From positions 1-20,058 of the forward strand of contig JAZDCZ010000035.1 of assembly GCA_036679605.1 (NCBI GenBank): a stretch of DNA of 20,058 nucleotides, read 5' to 3'. Shown piece by piece: positions 16,208 through 20,058 of this stretch; the stretch's first letter is position 1, and each line of letters begins with the position of its first letter. The position numbers and the translations under genes are program-made. Origin of the DNA: Gemmatimonadota bacterium. Lineage in GTDB: Bacteria > Gemmatimonadota > Gemmatimonadetes > Gemmatimonadales > GWC2-71-9. Under the pieces are notes generated by a model that had not been told where the DNA came from, ran no database searches, and worked only from the letters and a program-made list of their open reading frames with translations.

Positions 16208-16346
16208 AGTATCGCTTCTCCTCGGCCGAGTGAGCAAGAGACGTGCATCCACCAAAATGCGGGCCACGGGCATTCCGACTGTCATCATTTGATTGCGGGA
16301 GTGGACCAAAAAAATGGACGGACGAGAACTGCGGCCCCCGACCCTT

Positions 16347-16376
16347 CTTGCGGAACCAGTCCCCGGCCCACAAATT
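16347..16376 (+). promoter_or_regulatory. 17-bp direct repeat copy 2, overlapping a possible sigma70 promoter for the large lipoprotein gene
   Basis: CTTGCGGAACCAGTCCC at 16347-16363. TTGCGG-17 nt-CAAATT lies 55 nt upstream of ATG 16432. Confidence 0.45.
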
Positions 16377-16431
16377 GCCTCCTTCGTAACCGCCAGCCGT
16401 CGCAGTACCGATCTGAAGTCGAGCGAGTGAT

Positions 16432-19400
16432 ATGACCCGAACACTGTTGCGTTCGCGCAACTTGGTGCTAATTGCGCTGTTTTCGGGCCTGCTGGTCGTC
16501 AGCTGCGACGACGATGTGGGCGGCCCGCCCACGCCTCAATTCGCCAATCTCTCGCTAGCTCCGTCATTCGCGGCCCAGACCAGCGGGATAGTGGACATCA
16601 ACAGAATCCATATCGTCCTGACCCGCCACAGCAATGGGTTGGGAGTTCTGGATTCAGTGTACCAGGTAACTCCGGGTGCAGATTCCGTTGCACTGACGCT
16701 CACCGTCACGCTGTTGGAATCACCGGAGAGGTTCCGACTCACCATGTATTTCATCACGCCGACCAACGATACGGCCTTTGTGGGCGGTCCCGTCAGCGTA
16801 ACCGCCAGTACCGATACGCCGAGTGATGCTGCCCCTGTGCCGATAGATGTACCCACTGTTTATGTGGGCGTGGGCGCCAATGCCGTGGGGGTATCGATTC
16901 TCACCACCGGTGCCAGCGTGCTCACAGGTGACACAGTGACACTGAATGCCGTGGCCTTGGACGCCTCCGGGGCCCCGATCCCGGGCACTCCTATAGGGTG
17001 GCGCTCGCTGGACAGTGTGAGTGCACAGGTGCCGGACGCACGCAGCGGTCGGGTGGTGGGCGGAGCCATAAGGGGCCCAGTTTCTATCGTGGCCGAGCTG
17101 CTTACCGGCCTTGCCGATACCGCGTCAGTACTGGTGCAGCCGGTACCCAATGCGATCATCGTGAGCCTGGGAGATGGTCAGACGGGCGAGGTAGGTACCA
17201 CCCTGCCTCAGCCCATCACGGTTCAGCTTACGGCACCTGACGGTCTGCCGGTCGAGGGTGCGGGGGTGGTGTTTACGACAACAGACGGTGGTACGTTCTC
17301 GGCGGATACCGTGGCTACCAACTCCCTGGGTGCCGCGGCTACGACCTGGACGCTGGGTGGGGGAGCGGGTACCCAGACCACCACGATCTCGGTGGTTGGT
17401 GCCACCGCCCAGGCCACTGTGACGGCCACCGGTACGCCAGGGCCGGCCAAATCCATAGTGATCGTATCCGGCGACGCACAGTTGGCCACTGCCGGCACGG
17501 CTGTAGCGACACCGCCGTCGGTCAGAGTGGTTGATGCGTTTGGCAATGGAGTGGCTGCGTTGCCGGTCACATTCTCGGTCACCGGGGGCGGCGGGAGTAT
17601 CACCGGTGGTGCCCAGAGCACCGATGCGACCGGTCTTGCTACCGTAGGCAGTTGGACGTTGGGTACCACTGCAGGCACAAACCAACTTACCGCTTTGACT
17701 GATGTCGTCCCTGCACCACCGGCCGTAAGCGCCGATTCCGGTACAGCGGCTGTTACCGTTGCTCCGGTTCCCGACAGCATCCAGCAAGCGGCCCTGGTAG
17801 TGCCCGCGTCGGTAGTCTTCACCGCCACCGGTACATCGGGCAACGCGAGTTTTCTGGCTAAGGTCTTTGGTGATGTCCAGTCCGGGGTTGTGGGTACTGC
17901 TCTGCCCGATTCGTTGATCGTGGTGGCTACAGACAGCAACAGCAATCCTGTCGCGGGAGCGACGGTCGCTTGGAGTGTGGTGTTGGGTGGCGGGACGCTG
18001 AGTACTTCGAGCACGGTGACCGATGCGCTGGGACGCACTGGAGTCGTGTTGACACTGGGGACAACGCCGGGGTCGAATTTCGTACGGGCGGTGCTGGCCG
18101 GTAGGGATTCGGTGGACTTCACAGAGCAAGCCGATGTCGGTCCGCCTGCACAGTTGGCGTTCTTGACCCAGCCGCCCAATTCGGTGGCTGCCGGTGCGGT
18201 GTTTGGCGCCGCGGTAGAAGTGCAGGACAGCTTCGGCAACGCGATCCCGACAGACTCGACGACCGTGATAACGGTGGCGATAACCACTGGGACGGGAACC
18301 GTAGGCGCCAATCTCACTGGCACCGCCACACAGACCACGGGCTTTGGGAGTGTGACCTACACGGACTTGGCTATAGACAGCGTGGGAATCGCGTATCAGC
18401 TCGATGCTACGGCACCCGGCCTTACCAGTGCCACGAGCACTGCGTTCAACGTGACGGCAAGCTTGGCACCGATTGTGGCGACCGATACCGTCTCATCGAT
18501 AGTTGCAACAGGTTTCCGCATGAAGGGCGACGTCAACCCGAATGGGCTGACGACTGACGCATGGTTCGAGTTCGGAACCGATGCGGCACTGGCTTCGTTC
18601 ACGGCTACGCCGACTCAGGCGATAGGCTCAGGGACCGTGAGTCTACAGATTAGCGCTACAGTTACGGGCTTGACCCCGGCAACAACCTACTTCTACCGGG
18701 TAGCCGCCTCGAACGGCAGCGGCACGAGACGCGGCGCCATCCGGAGCACGGCCACGCTACAGCCACTCGCTGGAGTGCGGTGGGTCAACCCAGTGAGTGG
18801 CAACTGGAGCACCGCGGCCAACTGGAGCACCGGTGTTGTGCCTGATTCGACTGACGATGTCTTCATAACGGTCGACGGTACCTATACGGTCACGCTCAAC
18901 ATTGGCGCCAAGGTCAAGAGCCTGACGGTGGGAGGCGTTACCGGTACACAGACACTCGCGTTCCTGCCGTTCCTCGCGCTTACAATAGACAGCGCGGGCA
19001 CGGTTGGCCCCAACGGAGTCATCGATCATTCTACTTCCACGATTGACGGACTAGGGACGCTGTCGGTGAGTGGCACTTACAACTGGCTAGGAGGAGTCCA
19101 AGCCGGCACCGGCACGACGCGTATCGAATCAACTGGTACACTCAACATCAGCCCGACCAGCAACATCAGTCTAAATAGCCGCACGCTGGATAACCTCGGC
19201 ACCGCCGTGTGGGATGCGGCCGGGACGAGCACCATGCTCGTGAACGGCGGGATCATTAACAACTCAGGTGCGTTCGCGGTGCAAGCCAACGCATTGATGG
19301 ACTTTGCCGGGCTGCCGGGAGCGGCGTTCAACAACAGCGGTACGTTCACCCGTTCCGTGGGGACGGGCACGTTCACTATTGATATCGCTTTCAACAACAC

Positions 19401-20058
19401 GGGCACGGTTAACGTCAACAGCGGTACGCTAAAACTGACGCGCGGCGGCACAACCACGGCGGGCACCTTCAACGTGCCGCTGGGCACCACGCTCGGGTTC
19501 GGCGGTGGCACCCAGACTGTCGATGTCACCTCCAATATCAGTGGCGCGGGGAACGTCACCTTCTCCGGCGGTACAACCACAGTGAACGGTGGCTACAGCA
19601 TCACAGGAACAGGCACCACAACGGTGAGCAACGGGATCGTCAACTTCTCGAATCTCGCGACGCCGAGTACGACGGTCAACTTGACGCAGACCGGTGGCAC
19701 GGTGGGCGGGACCGGCACGTTGACCGTCGCGGGTGCAGGCAACTGGTCGGGTGGCACGATGTCCGGCGGCGGTCTCACCACCATCCTTTCGGGAGCTACA
19801 CTCACCGGCAGCGGCACCGGTACCAAGATCCTCGACAACCGCCTCTTAGTGATTGGTGGTAGCACGGTATGGTCCGGGACCGGACAGTTACAGCTTCGCA
19901 ACAACGCGGTGGTGAACATTCTGACGGGCGGGCTGTGGGATATGCAGACCGACGCCGATTTCGGCCAATTCAGTGCCGGCACTGCAAACGTTCAGAACAA
20001 CGGAATATTCCGGAAGTCGGCGGGCACTGGAGTCACGTCGTTCAGTATCCCCTTCACC
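16432..20058 (+). CDS. Very large surface lipoprotein/adhesin (Ig-like repeats, FN3-like domain, Gly/Thr/Asn-rich beta-solenoid repeats), 3' truncated
   Basis: Translated by hand: 1209 codons with no stop to the window end. MTRTLLRSRNLVLIALFSGLLVVS-C lipobox (Cys25), three GDxQ...(W/L)TLG Big_1-like units, GLTPATTYFYRVAASN (FN3), and WVNPVSGNWSTAANWSTGVVP followed by beta-rich repeats. Confidence 0.9.
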   Translation, partial: MTRTLLRSRNLVLIALFSGLLVVSCDDDVGGPPTPQFANLSLAPSFAAQTSGIVDINRIHIVLTRHSNGLGVLDSVYQVTPGADSVALTLTVTLLESPERFRLTMYFITPTNDTAFVGGPVSVTASTDTPSDAAPVPIDVPTVYVGVGANAVGVSILTTGASVLTGDTVTLNAVALDASGAPIPGTPIGWRSLDSVSAQVPDARSGRVVGGAIRGPVSIVAELLTGLADTASVLVQPVPNAIIVSLGDGQTGEVGTTLPQPITVQLTAPDGLPVEGAGVVFTTTDGGTFSADTVATNSLGAAATTWTLGGGAGTQTTTISVVGATAQATVTATGTPGPAKSIVIVSGDAQLATAGTAVATPPSVRVVDAFGNGVAALPVTFSVTGGGGSITGGAQSTDATGLATVGSWTLGTTAGTNQLTALTDVVPAPPAVSADSGTAAVTVAPVPDSIQQAALVVPASVVFTATGTSGNASFLAKVFGDVQSGVVGTALPDSLIVVATDSNSNPVAGATVAWSVVLGGGTLSTSSTVTDALGRTGVVLTLGTTPGSNFVRAVLAGRDSVDFTEQADVGPPAQLAFLTQPPNSVAAGAVFGAAVEVQDSFGNAIPTDSTTVITVAITTGTGTVGANLTGTATQTTGFGSVTYTDLAIDSVGIAYQLDATAPGLTSATSTAFNVTASLAPIVATDTVSSIVATGFRMKGDVNPNGLTTDAWFEFGTDAALASFTATPTQAIGSGTVSLQISATVTGLTPATTYFYRVAASNGSGTRRGAIRSTATLQPLAGVRWVNPVSGNWSTAANWSTGVVPDSTDDVFITVDGTYTVTLNIGAKVKSLTVGGVTGTQTLAFLPFLALTIDSAGTVGPNGVIDHSTSTIDGLGTLSVSGTYNWLGGVQAGTGTTRIESTGTLNISPTSNISLNSRTLDNLGTAVWDAAGTSTMLVNGGIINNSGAFAVQANALMDFAGLPGAAFNNSGTFTRSVGTGTFTIDIAFNNTGTVNVNSGTLKLTRGGTTTAGTFNVPLGTTLGFGGGTQTVDVTSNISGAGNVTFSGGTTTVNGGYSITGTGTTTVSNGIVNFSNLATPSTTVNLTQTGGTVGGTGTLTVAGAGNWSGGTMSGGGLTTILSGATLTGSGTGTKILDNRLLVIGGSTVWSGTGQLQLRNNAVVNILTGGLWDMQTDADFGQFSAGTANVQNNGIFRKSAGTGVTSFSIPFT

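Noticed and set aside
15460..16444. 79-aa N-terminal extensions of the Uma2 ORFs (starts 15696 and 16444)
   Set aside because: They run through repeats, conserved upstream blocks and neighbouring genes. Family similarity begins at MAMPD, which has GAGGAG upstream.
16536..19982. Series of minus-strand ORFs, including the 371-aa and 334-aa ones
   Set aside because: Antisense shadows of the continuous plus-strand lipoprotein ORF. The same applies to the many antisense ORFs over the genes in 2074-14628.

Overview
Bacterial genomic window, fairly GC-rich; the gene content suggests Gemmatimonadota or a relative (inference only). Positions 1-2060 are a small mobile-element graveyard: a probable IS630-family left end with the start of its transposase, a structured non-coding tract with an IS110/IS1111-like end, a hicBA toxin-antitoxin pair, and a decayed IS110 transposase C-terminus with its downstream non-coding region. 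Positions 2074-14628 are ordinary transport and metabolic genes: ABC-2 exporter pair, membrane/DUF4332-like protein, alpha/beta hydrolase, a minus-strand run (degenerate PRTase, secreted PIG-L deacetylase, unannotated 36-aa membrane peptide, sodium:solute symporter, MFS), and an acyl-CoA dehydrogenase. Positions 14719-16363 hold two tandem Uma2 nuclease units with near-identical ends but diverged cores, short GGCGGTA repeats and a flanking 17-bp direct repeat. From 16432 to the end runs a >1200-aa lipoprotein/adhesin ORF that the ORF track misses. All family calls come from motif recognition by eye, not from database searches.
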